A DNA stretch of 124,000 nt. Source: Wallemia ichthyophaga EXF-994 (Eukaryota > Fungi > Basidiomycota). Every line of letters begins with the position of its first letter. Within the stretch, counting starts at the first letter, position 1. The notes beneath the pieces were generated by a model. It was not told where the DNA came from. It saw nothing but the letters and a program-made list of their open reading frames with translations, and did not search any database. Position numbers and translations under genes: made by a program. Below, piece by piece: positions 48,315 to 65,268 of the stretch. The stretch is from contig NW_008806284.1 of assembly GCF_000400465.1 (NCBI RefSeq), positions 20,001 to 144,000 of the forward strand, read 5' to 3'.

Positions 48315-49233
48315 CTAGACATCTTTCACGATTGGTGAGTTGTAACGCTGTGCGTAGCCAGTCCAGCTTTCATCGTAAATGGAGCTATGACCTCCAATAA
48401 CTTCCAGGGCAAGAGCTACGATCGCGGCTGTCATCCCTGAGCCGCAACTAGTAATGACATCTTTCTTCCCTTCGAGGACCATATCCAGCTGCTGCTTTCC
48501 GAGTGTATTTTCAAACACCGCACGAAGCTCTTCAGGGCTCTTAAGCTGGCCATCCTGAAGCAATTGGGGAAAAGCGAGCGAGAGAGCACCAGGCATATGA
48601 CCCGACGACAGGCCCTGTCTGGGTTCAGGCGCCGCGCCCGCAAAGCGAGGCTGCGGACGAGCATCGAGTATGACGCTATCTTTACGCTCAATGGTGTTGA
48701 GAATATCTATGTGGTCCTTGATAAAGTTCTTCTCCAGTGTAGGTACGGGGTACTCTGAGCGTTGGGAAACATACTCTCCCGACTCTACAGGTAAACCTTC
48801 CCTCTCATAGGCTGGGAGACCACCGTCGAGGACAGCGACATTTGGATGACCCATTGCGCGAAAGGTGAAAGCAGCGCGTGGAGCGCTAAAAACACCGACT
48901 GTGTCATAGAGGAGGACTTGAGAGTTGCGCTCAATTCCCAATTGGGAACACGCTGATGCAAAAATTGCAGGTGAGGGGAGCATATGACCGACAAAGCCAT
49001 CTGGGTGGTTCGAAGCAATTTTGTCGAGATCCCAACGCCTTGCTTGAGGGAGGTGCTTGGAGAGGTACTCGTCGTTTGGGTTGCGCGCGCTGTTAGGCAT
49101 GTGCCACGAAGCATCCTGGCAGAGATGAGCGTGAGCAAGAGCAGAGACCATCTCAGCTGCTCAGCTTGCTCACCAACGCAATGAAGTGCTTGAGGTCGCG
49201 CAGCTGGCGTGCTTTGACAATTCTCGTAGTCAT
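48315..49233 (-). CDS. TUM1: 3-mercaptopyruvate/thiosulfate sulfurtransferase (rhodanese) Tum1
   Basis: DASWHMP, HLPQARRWDLD, VFSAPRAAFTF, LDARPQPRF.G..PEPR..LSSGHMPG, TSCGSGMTA, YDESWTGY. Confidence 0.92.
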
Positions 49234-49284
49234 CGTCGTTGCAGTTCAAGAAGCTTTTCTTGATTTTCTGTCAAATAACTTGAA

Positions 49285-50355
49285 ATGGAAAATAAAAAGT
49301 TGAACTTTGCAATCGCTAAATACCTCAAAAGCGCACAAGCTGGGTTAAGCGGCGAGAAGCAGGAATCACTCAGCGTTGCAATTGAGTCGTTGGAGGATGT
49401 CTTCGAGGTGGATGACACGCAGGCAGGTGCTTTGGATAGCCCAGTGGATTTGGCAGCCTTGTTCAAGAGTGCGCAAGTCGCTGAGAAGCCACAAGCAGCA
49501 GCTGGGCCAGCTAACCAATCAGAGCCATCCGCTCAAGACATGGCCAAAGCAGACACACTCAAGGCTCAAGGCAATGCCCTCATGTCTGCGCAGAAGTACC
49601 AAGAAGCTGTAGACGCTTACACCCAAGCTATAGCCCTGCACTCCACCAACAAGATTCTCTATTCGTACGTGTACACTTCCTTCTAGAATGTACCCTGCTC
49701 ACTTGCTCACAGCAACAGAGCAGCTGCGTACTCGCAGGCTGGTGACCAAGACGCATCCATCGCAGACGCTAAGAAGGCACTCGAAATTGACCCGGCTTTC
49801 GCCAGAGCGTACTCGAGATTAGGTCACGCGTACTTCAACGCTAAGCAGTACGATAATGCCGTCAGCGCATATGAGGATGGTCTCAAGTATGATACCGACA
49901 ATCAGACCATGAAGTCTAGCCTCATCACCGCTAGATCCAAGGTAGGCGGCTCTGTTCAACAGAGAGAATCTCAGGATGCCGGCGCAGGTGCTGGTGCTGG
50001 TGCTGGTGCTGGCGGTGGTGGTATGCCTGATCTCTCAGCTCTCGCAGGCATGTTTGGCGGCGCTGGCGGTGGTGCTGGCGGCGGCGGCGGCGGCGGTATG
50101 CCTGATATCGGTGCTTTACTCAATAACCCAATGATGCGCCAGATGGCTCAATCGATGATGTCCAACGGCGGTATGGAGAGACTTATGTCTAACCCTGGTC
50201 TCAGGAACATGGCGGAGAACATGAGAAGTGGTGGACAGATGCCATCCATCGAGGAGTTGGCAGGTAACCCCGAACTCAGAGGTCTCGCTGAGTCTTTCGG
50301 TGCTGGTGGTGCTGGTGGTGCTGGCCAAGGCAATCCTCCACCAGGCAATGCTTAA
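49285..50355 (+). CDS. SGT2: TPR co-chaperone Sgt2/SGTA
   Basis: N-terminal dimerisation helix (ESLSVAIESLEDVF), TPR repeats (KAQGNALM, NRAAAYS, AYSRLG), Gly/Met-rich tail. Confidence 0.9.
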
Positions 50356-50403
50356 TTTCCATTAAATAAAGGTTTATTAGTAAAGATATCTATATGTATA
50401 CAT

Positions 50404-51750
50404 CTATTCATCATCTTCCTCCTCTTTCTCCTCCTCTTCTTGCTCCTGCTCCTGCTCACTCTCATTCTCCTGTACGTCTTGGTCTTCACTCTCTTCTGCA
50501 TCTCCCTCATCTTCATAGCCCGCACTGGCAACATCAAGACATGTGAGTCTGGTGCCCTTTGTGTTATATGCCGCGACACACTCCAACTGCACCTGCTTGC
50601 TTGACTTTGTGAGCGCACTCAGATCGAAAGCTCTTACGAATCCATCCGATGAGATAGTGATAGCGAGTAGTAAGTCAGCCACCAATCCAAACCTGACACT
50701 CTTGATGCGGTTTTGGTGACCTACCAGCTCAGCCACGAAAGCACTCTCTTCACCCTCTTTAATTGCATAAAGCAGCACCCTCTTGTCCTCGCTTGCAACG
50801 GCAAAAAACTCAACACCATCGTCAAATCCCTGTGATTTGAGTGGTCTAGCGAAGCCAATGTCATTGAACTTAGTTGTCAATTTAGCTGGCAGCCATGGTA
50901 AAGGAGGGAGCAATTCGAAACCCTGCGTATTTCTCATCTCAACATGTTGTTTGAACATGATTGCGATTATGTTCCCAGATTTACTAAACTTGACCACTTC
51001 CGGATTACCTTTGCGACCCTCAATACCTAATTTCGTGCCTGCGATTCTACCAACATGGCCAGCTTGTCTATTCGACTCCTTCGAGTTCTTGCCCAATCTC
51101 CACAGCTGTCCCATTCTGTCGCTGCCGACAGTCATTGCGAAGCCTCCCTTAGGATGCACAGCTGCTGAGTCTACGCTACCCTTGTGAGCGCGGAATGACT
51201 TAAGCAGCTCCCATTCACCGCATTTAAAGATATATATGTTCGAGTGCGTCGTACCGATTACGAGGTGGGCATGATTGACGAAAGACATTGTGAGTGGAGT
51301 GCCTGTGTGGAGTGTGTTAGCCGTGCTAGTCTTGCTAACTGTGTCTGCTGCAGTCGTAAGACCGCGCAATGTCGCACCTTCTGTACCAGTCAAAGAACCG
51401 ACTTCGACTCTTCTGCGTACATCCCACACTTTGATAGACTCGTCAGTACCTCCGGTAATAAGCCACTTGCCGCCCTTAGATGAGCCTGGCGGCGGCGGTG
51501 ATAGCGCGACGCTCTTGATACACGTGATGTGCGCAGGGAACATAAACAGCGGCTTGAATTGGAGCTTGCCAGCTTGCATGCGTAAATTGAATCCATACAG
51601 CAACCGCTCGTAGCTCCCTACGGCAACATTCACGCTCACTGGGCCACTTGCAGCTTTTTTGGCTTCAGGATTCTGAATTTTCGCACTTTTCGTTGGCACG
51701 TCACTGGCAGCCTGGTTCTGTTGAAATCTAGCTCTCTTTTGCCCGCCCAT
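50404..51750 (-). CDS. MAK11: 60S biogenesis WD40 protein Mak11/PAK1IP1
   Basis: VGSYERLLYG, FMFPAHITCIK, LITGGTDESIKVWD, AHKGSV..AVHP.G, GHQNRIK. Confidence 0.88.
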   Translation of the reverse strand: MGGQKRARFQQNQAASDVPTKSAKIQNPEAKKAASGPVSVNVAVGSYERLLYGFNLRMQAGKLQFKPLFMFPAHITCIKSVALSPPPPGSSKGGKWLITGGTDESIKVWDVRRRVEVGSLTGTEGATLRGLTTAADTVSKTSTANTLHTGTPLTMSFVNHAHLVIGTTHSNIYIFKCGEWELLKSFRAHKGSVDSAAVHPKGGFAMTVGSDRMGQLWRLGKNSKESNRQAGHVGRIAGTKLGIEGRKGNPEVVKFSKSGNIIAIMFKQHVEMRNTQGFELLPPLPWLPAKLTTKFNDIGFARPLKSQGFDDGVEFFAVASEDKRVLLYAIKEGEESAFVAELVGHQNRIKSVRFGLVADLLLAITISSDGFVRAFDLSALTKSSKQVQLECVAAYNTKGTRLTCLDVASAGYEDEGDAEESEDQDVQENESEQEQEQEEEEKEEEDDE

Positions 51751-52171
51751 TTATGCACTCTGCTGATCGTTGAGAGGAAGGAAGAGGAAGATTCTCCAGA
51801 TTACATCATAACAGAGTGACGAGTTAATCAATCTAGATTTAGCACTCTCTGAGCTACTTATATCCTTGCCAAGTATTGTAGCGGTCTATTACAGCTTAAA
51901 ATAGTAGCTCAAAATTTGCACATTCCTCGGATACTGCAGTCTTCAACAATCGGGATGTCCCCAAGCCTTTACTGACATGGGACTTGCTAAATTCACGTAA
52001 TACCAGTAACCACGGGCATTTCCCAGCGTGTGCCTCGTTCGTGCTGGAATTAAAGACACCATACATGCATTAAGCGAAGTATCTTCTATAAATAATACAT
52101 CCAAAAATAAATACATTGCACATATAAAGCCGCATTGCGGTCATTACCTCCCTTTTTCATTCTATCTTCCT

Positions 52172-53599
52172 ATGTTCAAGCAAGTTGTCTACTTAGGATT
52201 ATTGGCGAGCGCAGCGGCGCAATCTAACGGAACAATTGACCTCACGGAGCCAGAGGCAGGAAGATGGGGTGGCAATAATGGTAAGACACCCACGCAGCAC
52301 TACAACGACTTCGACCATGAAGTCTTTCACAACCGCACCTACACCCCACAGCCCATTAGGTATGAAATGGGAGAAGTATATACGGTGAAAGAGAACGCGG
52401 ACTTAGATAGAATGTCTCCAGATACACTCGCACCGCCCACCGTCGATTTCGGCAGCATTGAAAATCCAAGATGGCACATGTCTGACTCGTACAACCGCCT
52501 GGCTATTGGGGGGTATGCAAGACAACAAACAGTCAGGGACCTACCTATTAGCAAGGATATTGCCGGTGTAGATATGCGCTTATCACCACATGCTTTTAGA
52601 GAGTCCCATTGGCACACACAGGCCGAATGGTCGTATATTTTTTCAGGACGAGTTATCATCTCAGCCATTATGCCAGATGGAAAGACCTTCATGAGCGAGC
52701 TGGGACCAGGCGACGTTTGGTTCTTCCCTCCATCCACCATACACTCCATCCAAGCTCTTGACGAAGGCGCCGAGTTCCTACTCATCTTCGACAGCGGAGC
52801 ATTCGACGAGAACGATACCTTTTTAGCTGCGGAGGCACTATCACGCATCCCTAAATCTGTGATCAAGTAGGTGGAAACTCGCTGACGACTAAAATTTTCC
52901 GCTCACATGCACCAGTAAAAATTTCGGTTTGAGCAAGAATGCAACTGATTTCGACAATATTCCGGCAGAGCAGCTCTACATTTTCAGAGGAGAAGCACCT
53001 GTACCATCTTTCAAGGAGCAGAAAGCGTCGATCAACAACCCCTTTGGCATGCTCGAAGACCACACTCTCGCGCTCAAATTCTCTGAGACACCATGGGAAG
53101 AGCATGACGGCGGCAAGGTGAAGATCGCAGACAGTAAAATTTTCAACGCGCCCAATCTCGACATTTCAGTTGCGCATCTGTCACTTGAAAGCAACAGTCT
53201 GAGGACACTGCACTGGCATGAGACTTGTGAGTTTGGAACTGTCCATTCGAGTACGAATACTCACAACACTCAGCCGAGTGGGATTTTGTCTTAAAGGGCA
53301 CACTTAGGGTGACCATCTACGCCGGCAACGGTAACAGCCGTACATACGACATCAACTCTCTCGACGTGCTCTATGTGGAGGCGAACAACCTTCACTATCT
53401 TGAATGTGTTAGCCCAGAGCCATGCGAGTTCCTCGCTGCTTTCAAGATCGACACGTACAACGACTTTGAATACGGTCAATTCCTCAGCGCCGCTCCTCGT
53501 TACACCGTCAAGCAGCATCTCAGAATCAGTGATGAGACACTAGACAAAGTCCAGGGCAGTGTTGCTAACAAACAGATTATCATGCCTGACAACTGTTAA
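52172..53599 (+). CDS. oxdC: Secreted oxalate decarboxylase (bicupin)
   Basis: Signal peptide, GGYARQQTV, RESHWHTQAEW, WFFPPSTIHSIQ, lid FDENDTF, second cupin LHWHETSEW..H; two introns. Confidence 0.88.
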
Positions 53600-53726
53600 A
53601 GGAACAAGTAAGAAGAAAAAAGAGTTGTGATTCATGTGTAATAATAATCTTTTCATTACAGATCGATTCTGATTATCCTGTTATAGTTAATTTATGTGTG
53701 TCATGTCTCGCTCACATTTTCACATC

Positions 53727-55210
53727 TCAAGCGATCACCTCAGTGACAATACCAGTACCAATCGTCTTGTTGCCCTCTCTGAGCGTGAATCTAGAGTTGT
53801 TTTCCAGTGGCAAGTCGTGAACGAGTTCGCCGACCATCTCAACGTTGTCACCAGGCATGATCATCTTCTCGCCAGCGTCAGCAGTGCCTTCTGGGAACTT
53901 GAGAGAAATGGTAACGTCAGAGGTTCTGATGAAGAGTTGTGGGCGGTAATTCTCGAAGAATGGAGAGTGACGACCGCCCTCTTCCTTTGTGAGGATGTAG
54001 AGCTGAGCCTTGAACTTTTTATAGCTCTTGATAGAGTCAACTGCGGAAATGACTTGACCACGACGGATTTGCTCTCTCTTCACACCTCTGAGCAAGGCAC
54101 CCATGTTGTCACCGGACTCACCACGGTCCAACTCCCTGTGGAAGGACTCGATACCAGTGAGTGTGGTCTTGAATGAGTTACCGAGACCGAGAATTTGAAT
54201 TTCCTCACCCTTCTTGATAGTACCTCTCTCAACTCTGCCGGTGGCGACAGTACCTCTACCAGAAATGGTGAAGGTGTCTTCGATAGGCATCAGGAATGGC
54301 TTGTCGAGATCTCTCTCTGGGATATCCAACCAGCTATCGGAAGCTTCCATGAGCTCATCGATTGAGTTTGTACCAATCTCAGGGTTGCGGCCTTCGAGAG
54401 CAGCAAGTGCGGAGCCCTTAACGATTGGGGTGTTATCACCATCGTATCCGTACGTAGAGAGCAAGTCACGGATTTCCATATCTACGAGTTCCAACATTTC
54501 AGGATCATCAACTTGATCGACCTTGTTGATGTACACGACGAGTTTCTTGACACCGACCTGCTTGGCAAGGAGAAGGTGCTCTCTGGTCTGAGGCATCTGG
54601 CCGTCTGCAGCGGAGACTACAATGATAGCACCATCCATTTGGGCAGCACCAGTAATCATGTTTTTGATGTAATCAGCGTGTCCTGGGCAGTCAACGTGTG
54701 CGTAGTGTCTGTTCTCGGTCTCGTATTCGACGTGGGCGGTGGAGATAGTGATACCTCTAGCCTTCTCTTCTGGTGCCTTATCGATTTGGTTGTAATCGAG
54801 GAACTGGCCCTTGCCAGATTTCTCAGTGAGGTACTTTGTGATGGCTGCAGTGAGCGTAGTCTTTCCGTGATCGACGTGTCCAATGGTACCGACATTCAAG
54901 TGTGGCTTGTCGCGTTGGAAAGTTGCGTATGTGCGAGCTGAGTGGGTGCTAGCTCCGCGGGCTGGGTTTTTGGCGTGAGGATGAATATTTTCCCAATACC
55001 TAAAACTCACCCAATGCAGTTGGAATCACTGCAGAGCGCATGCTCATACGCTGGAGACCATTTGCGAGTGAACGAGTGGCTAAACCTGGGTGTTTTTCTC
55101 AGAAGCGTTTCCTCAATTTGATGGTGCAACCAACCTCTAGCAACGCCTCTAAATGGCTGTGGCTGGACGAAACGTCTGCCTGCTACACGCACAGCTGGTA
55201 CCCTGAACAT
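53727..55210 (-). CDS. TUF1: Mitochondrial elongation factor Tu
   Basis: [45 protein letters not shown]; presequence exon. Confidence 0.97.
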
Positions 55211-55747
55211 TTTGTAGATGGTTGGAAAGAGAAGACGACGCGGACGAGCTCCGAGGGATTCAGTTTAAAAATTGAGTGGAGTATAGTAGTATAGGGAATA
55301 GCTGGAAGTGGTATTAGAAGGTCAAATGGATTCCTTCTATTGGTATTGCTCGTGGTGCCACTCTGGGTGTTTGTTTTTACATCAAATGACTTGAATTTGT
55401 TATATTTATTGTGCACTGTCTTTGAGGTTCAAATACCTTTTATCTTGTAGCCTTCATGTCTGCATCATGCTGTCCAAAAATTTTGACTTTTGTTGGCCGA
55501 AACATTCCAGAGGCCGTATGGCTTTGGGAATAGCGTGGACTGGGTTTTTCGAAGCTTTGTATTATGTTGCTTTAGAGTTCATGCGCAAGTTAGTTGTTGA
55601 AAAGTGTCCATCTGTGAAGTAAATAATGTGATGTGATTCGAGTACTTGAAAGTATTCCATATAACGCCGACAATTAACACGCGCTATCACTTAATACACG
55701 CTAGCTACGCCCAAATTTACACCACTTGTGCGTCTTAAACAAATACC

Positions 55748-57161
55748 ATGACCACGATTACTTCCCAACCTTCGGCAACGACAGCAAGTATAAGATCAGA
55801 CCAATCCAGCAACCTGGAATGTCGTATCCCGAGCTATACGATCGAACTTGAAGGCACTTCGAACCAATTCGTCAACTACAACGTCGCTTACACCTCCAAC
55901 TCAACACTCTACGCCAGCAGCCACCAAGAGACCCAAAGGCGGTTCAAAGACTTTAAATTTCTCCACACGCAGCTCTCTCACTCTTTTCCTGCCTCTGTTA
56001 TTCCCCCCCTTCCCGATCAGCATAGACTGGAGTATCTCACAGGCGATCGATTCTCCAACGACTTTATTCAACGACGCAAACAGGATCTAGAGCGGTTTTT
56101 GCAGCGCATCAGCCGCCATCCGATACTCAAGCGCTCCAAGCTTGTCATAGACTTTTTCGTGTCGACAGAGTGGAACACAGTGATGCACAAACTCGGATCC
56201 CAGCCACTGTCTTACTCAACCAGCTCGATTGAATCGCACACACTGCTTGACAATATATCCGACAGTCTTGTCAATGCCTTCACAAAGGTCAAGAAGCCAG
56301 ACGATCGCTTTGTTGAGCTGAGAGACAATCTCAACAGGCTAGATGACTCGCTTAGTAATATAGAAAAGATAATTCAGAAGCTGCGTACAAAAATCAGCAG
56401 TCAGTCTTATATGCATATCAATCCCGAGAACTATGCACTGACGTACTTGTCAGGTGTGGACAATACAGCCATCGACGTTGACCTGAATGGAGACTACGAT
56501 GATGGTGCGGGTGCTACACAAGCGCTAGCATACTTGGAATCAGGTATCACTGAGCCATTAAATCGATTCGCTCATGCGCAGTTGGAAATGAGCAACATTC
56601 TAAAAGAACAGACTGTCTTAGCTTTCGAGCCTGTGCTCGATCATATTCACTCTCTTAGAGCATACGCTGCCGCTCACAAGTATGTTCTCAAACTGCGCGA
56701 TCAGAAACAACTGGATTTCGAACAGTTGACGACGTATCTCTCTCAACTCGCCCTGCAACACCAAAGACTTGTATCTGCACAACATATCAGCAGTGGTGGG
56801 ATTGGGGGATATATTCGCGATAAAGTGGATCACTTGCGTGGACAAGATGATGAGAGTTTGCGATTAGAGCGTATTAGAAAATTGGAGGAACAGATGAAGG
56901 AGCTCGAGAAAGCAGTTGAGAATTCATCGAAACAAAATGTTGAGTTCAGTCAGGCCGTGTTGAGAGAACACTCCATCTTCGATATGGCTAAGAGGATCGA
57001 AATGAAGGAGATTCTTCACCATTTGGCTGATGGTCATATTGTGGCTTATAAGAAGGTGCGCACGGTGGTTTGTTCATCGCACGACTAACATCACCCCACA
57101 GACGTCTGAGGAATTCGACAGACTGATACCACATTTACAACGTATACGCGTCGATGTCTAA
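55748..57161 (+). CDS. SNX4: Sorting nexin Snx4/Atg24 (PX-BAR)
   Basis: RRFKDFKFLH..FP..IPPLPD, GDRFS..FIQRR, RHPILKRS, LLDNISD..VNAFTKV.KPD, LKLRDQKQLDFE.L. Confidence 0.9.
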
Positions 57162-57210
57162 TTACCAGAAGTAGAGTGTAGAAGTAAATGTATTGCTATA
57201 TATATATATA

Positions 57211-58440
57211 TCACAACAGCCCATCAAATCTCATTTTGGCAGTTTGGAGAAGACCTAGCTCATCATTGCGCATCTGCATGAGCAGAGGGTTTGCTGCCTT
57301 GGTGTCAACCTGCGGTGGGTATTCTCCCAATCTCTCGTCTATCCTTTGGAGGAGCTGTTGAATTAATTGTCGCAGATAACCATCAGTGATAGTCTCAGAT
57401 TGCTGATACGCCAATACAATCAAATTAAGAACGTCGGTGTCGCACACCCCGAACAAACCGAGAGACACTCTGGCTTGTGAGTCAATAAAGGCATCTGGAT
57501 GAGCCACAAAGAGATCCTGATCGTCGTCTTGGAGCGTTTGAACAGTATAGATTGGTGGAATCGCGTCGAAAGTGACTCTGTCAGAATCGTTAGCCTCCAA
57601 CACGAATCCGTACTCGATAGCGAGGTCCACGTTATCGAGCGAGTCACCGTAGCTGTTGAAGAGTTCTTCAGCGGGCTGAGTGGTGTGTGTAGTGACGATA
57701 TCCAATGTTTGCGGGGGAGTGGTGAGATAATCTGTATTTGGCGACTGAATACACCCATTCAGCCACCCACAACAGTCGCAGACAACTAAATCAGACTCTA
57801 TAGCCACAGTAGGCTCTTCTAGGTGATTGAAAAGGTCTGCAACAGGCACCAAACCAACTTGGTGGTGTGTGTCAACTTGAAACAATCGTGATGAAGTAAT
57901 GGCATAGGCGTATAGAAATGCTTCGAATGTACTTGTGATGTTTAGCGTTGAGGCGTGTGCGTCGAATGTATCTTTGAGCTTCTGTTTCGTTTGCCTGCCT
58001 CTTATACCTTGATGCGAGTTGAGCATGCTATACCGCTTACACAGTTCAGTGCCAGCCATTTCAGGCGTAAAGGGCCAGAGAGAGGCAATATCTGGAGGTG
58101 TCAGGGGTAGGGATTGTATGTAGAGATGCCATTTTGATTGATTGGCAGATTGAATTTCGAAGACAAGTGCAAAAGAGAGAGCTACGACGTGAGTGAGTGG
58201 AATCTGAGAGAGTTGAGTTGAAATAGTAGACGTTTTAAGCGTAAGCAAAGAGTCTTTGGGTATTCTCGCCACTGAATAGAGTTAGATTGAGTAATAGGAA
58301 TGGTACAACAACCAACCAACGCTGTCTTTGAGTATAAAATCGTTTGATAGTATCTTTTCATCGCTTATATCCAATCTACCATCCAAATCAACGCCGTTTG
58401 ACTCGCACCAGCTAAGTAAACAACTACGACGACTATTCAT
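57211..58440 (-). CDS. SET-domain protein lysine methyltransferase (Rkm/SETD6-like)
   Basis: SKWHLYIQSLP, AYAITSSRLF, LVPVADLFNH, ELFNSYG, LAIEYGF. Confidence 0.8.
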
Positions 58441-58947
58441 CTGCGTTTTATACAAGGAATACAATACAAAAAGCTTAGCTCATTCAGATTCATAAATTGA
58501 TTTCCTTCAATATTAAATTAGGAAAGACTAATCGTTGAAACATCATGTGAGCAATTAAGCTTAGAGTATCGTTGAAAAGAGAAGCTACTGGTTTTAAAAG
58601 GGTTAAAAATTTACTACGAGATAAGAGCAAGTAATAATATAAACAATACTGTGTATGGTAGTAACATTCTGAGGCTGAATATTGAGCTAAATTTTATCAT
58701 TATAGACATTTTAACATATACAATTTGTGGTGAAATATGAAGAGGCGGAAAAGAGGGAAAATTTTGAAATAAATAAGCGAAGAAAGAAGAAAGATTTGTA
58801 AATATAAATAAAATCCCAGCTAATAAAACACCTATTATACCTTTTAAATTGTTGTTCACAGTGATTTTTAATTTCAGAGTACACCACGCAATGGTTCGTG
58901 GTGAGCTGGCTTTAACTGACACAGTCAAAGGTGAGGATATAAATTGA

Positions 58948-60238
<1,291 letters not shown>

Positions 60239-60481
60239 GCGTAATTCTCGCGGTGGACCTCGTACTGGTCTCAATCACGAAATGAAAAATTCAAATATAC
60301 GTTATTCCAAGTTTTTTCTTTCCAAAGTTCTTTATATTCTCTTTACCCTGTGTTGCAAGAATCAACAAATTTAAAAAGTGCTTTTGTTGTATTGTGTGAA
60401 TGTGCTGGTGTAGATGTGCAAGAACAATACATATGGTGCTAATGATACAAATAATTTAAAGGTGAGTTCATATCAACCCAC

Positions 60482-61490
60482 TCAATCAATATCCCCAGTC
60501 TGTATCTCATGATAAATAACATGTGGACCTGATCTATAGTGATTGTTGGTGGATTTCAGCGAACGATTCAACTTTGGTAGAGTGAGTTGTTTGAAGAATT
60601 CATTTGAAGCTGTGTCATTTATTTCATTTGCCATAACTTGAGAAAGCATCCTATCGTTTTCCTGTTCGAGTTGTTCGAGGACGTTTCTTTCATTATTGAG
60701 AACCTGACGAATAAGCTCATTGTTCTCTTCAACAACTTGAAATTGAGCAACAGCGAGAGTATATTCTGGGTAAAAGGGAGGTTCACCTGGTGCAGTGAGA
60801 ACAGTTTGAAAAGCCATTTCATCAGCTTGATCGATAAATAAAGATTCTTCTTCCTTCCTTTGATCATTTACTTGTTGTGGGTGATCGGCTTCGCCATCCT
60901 CACCATCTTCATTCTCCACTTTAGATTTTCTAGCTGATTTCTTCTCGCTTGGAGGTGGTGCTGCACCAGAACCTCTTACAGTTGGAAGGGTATCAACGTG
61001 ATGCTGCATTCTCATATGTTTAGCCAAAGCGTCAGACCTAGTGAAAGATCTATCACATTCTGCTTTCTCTTGCTGTAGAGTATGTGAATATGAAACACTC
61101 GCGTACACCAATAAAACTCACGCAAATAAAAGGTTTATCGGTGGTGTGAGATCTCAAATGAGCTATTAAAGCTTGTTTTGAAGACTGATTCTTTGATTTG
61201 CGTGAACAGCCAATCCATTCGCATGTGTATTTAGATTTATCGCCAACGTGGTCATTGTAGATGTGGTCAAGCATTAGATGCTGATCACCGAATATCATAG
61301 CACATCCATCCCAATCGCAGGTGGTTATCGGACCCCAATCAGGATTACCGTTTAAGTCAACTTGATTGGTTTGATTGGATTTATCTGATTGTGGATCTGG
61401 ACTTGGTGATCGTGATAGAATTTCACTCAAGTTGTCATCTTGTAGATATTCAATTGGACGCTTGATTGGTGTGGCAGTGGATAATGACAT
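60482..61490 (-). CDS. C2H2 zinc-finger protein, INO80 Iec1-like
   Basis: CDWDGC..H..DH, CEWIGC..LIAHLRSHT.DKPFIC, CDRSFTRSDALAKHMRMQH. Confidence 0.7.
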
Positions 61491-62524
61491 CTGCGAACTG
61501 TCTCGTCTTGGTGGTTGAGGTCAGAGAGGCGAAGTGAGGGAAGGAGAGGAAACCTAGTAGGAGTAACGCCAAAGTAGACTTTAACGGACTTGCAGGTCTT
61601 CGTTGAAGTTCAGAGAGAGCTAAGCGGGTGGAAATACAGCTTACTGGGAGCAGCGCAGACTATTTACAGGGAAAGGGTTATACCCGCCTTACTATGGCCC
61701 CCAAGACGGCGAACCACAATGAAAAGAGGAAATGAGTGTGGGCCGCTTGAATACCGTAGTATCAGCCGGGAAGCTAAATTTTCTTTGGATCACGTAGCTT
61801 GTGCCTTGCCTTTGTTGTGTTTCACGAATCCCGCTACCCTCGTTCCTAATCATCCGGTTGACGGCATTCATAAAGTTGCTCAGCTACTTATACTCAAAGC
61901 CTTCGATGTATTCATTCGGTCTTAATGTTGACTGTTGGTTCTCAAGTGCTCTCGCTCCTAGTCACATGGCTATCGGCATGCACAGCATACGCTAAGGCGT
62001 AGCAAATACACGTTCGTCTATACTGTTAGTATTTGCAGGGCTTTCTTTATCTGGCTTCCTGTCCAATTACGCAAGCACATCAAAGACATTGTATCAACAA
62101 TGGTAATCTTCCACTAAACACATCGCACTCAATTCTCAGATGAGAGAATAGATATGAAGATGTGTAATGTGTATTGAATGGATCATCAACGTTTTATACA
62201 CGCTAATATTTAAACAAATAAGCTTAAATTGAGTTAAGTTCTAGAAAGTTAACGAAAACTGATGAATAAAAGAGATGAATTGTTTTGGTTTTTATATCTC
62301 CTGTAAATATCGCGGAAATCAATAACCATCTCTCAAAAAAGATGCATCTCTCTTTCGTCATCAGTTAGCTCCGTAGATTTACATTTCCGAGGAGTGAGAT
62401 TACTAGAGGCGTACACATATTTACGTATCGCAATCTTTGAGTGGTAATTCAAATTATTTTATTTTCTTCAATTGGAGATGTCTGCTGTGACGCACACGCA
62501 TGCGTTTCTTAGCACAAAACAACC

Positions 62525-65137
<2,613 letters not shown>

Positions 65138-65268
65138 ATTTGTATCTATTTATAGCATTTAAATTTCTTTCCTAACATTGAAACAATTAAGCATTCTTAG
65201 ATTCAAATTCAAAAATTCAAACATTCTCACATTACCAGAAGTATATAAATAAATTAGCAAAATTAACT

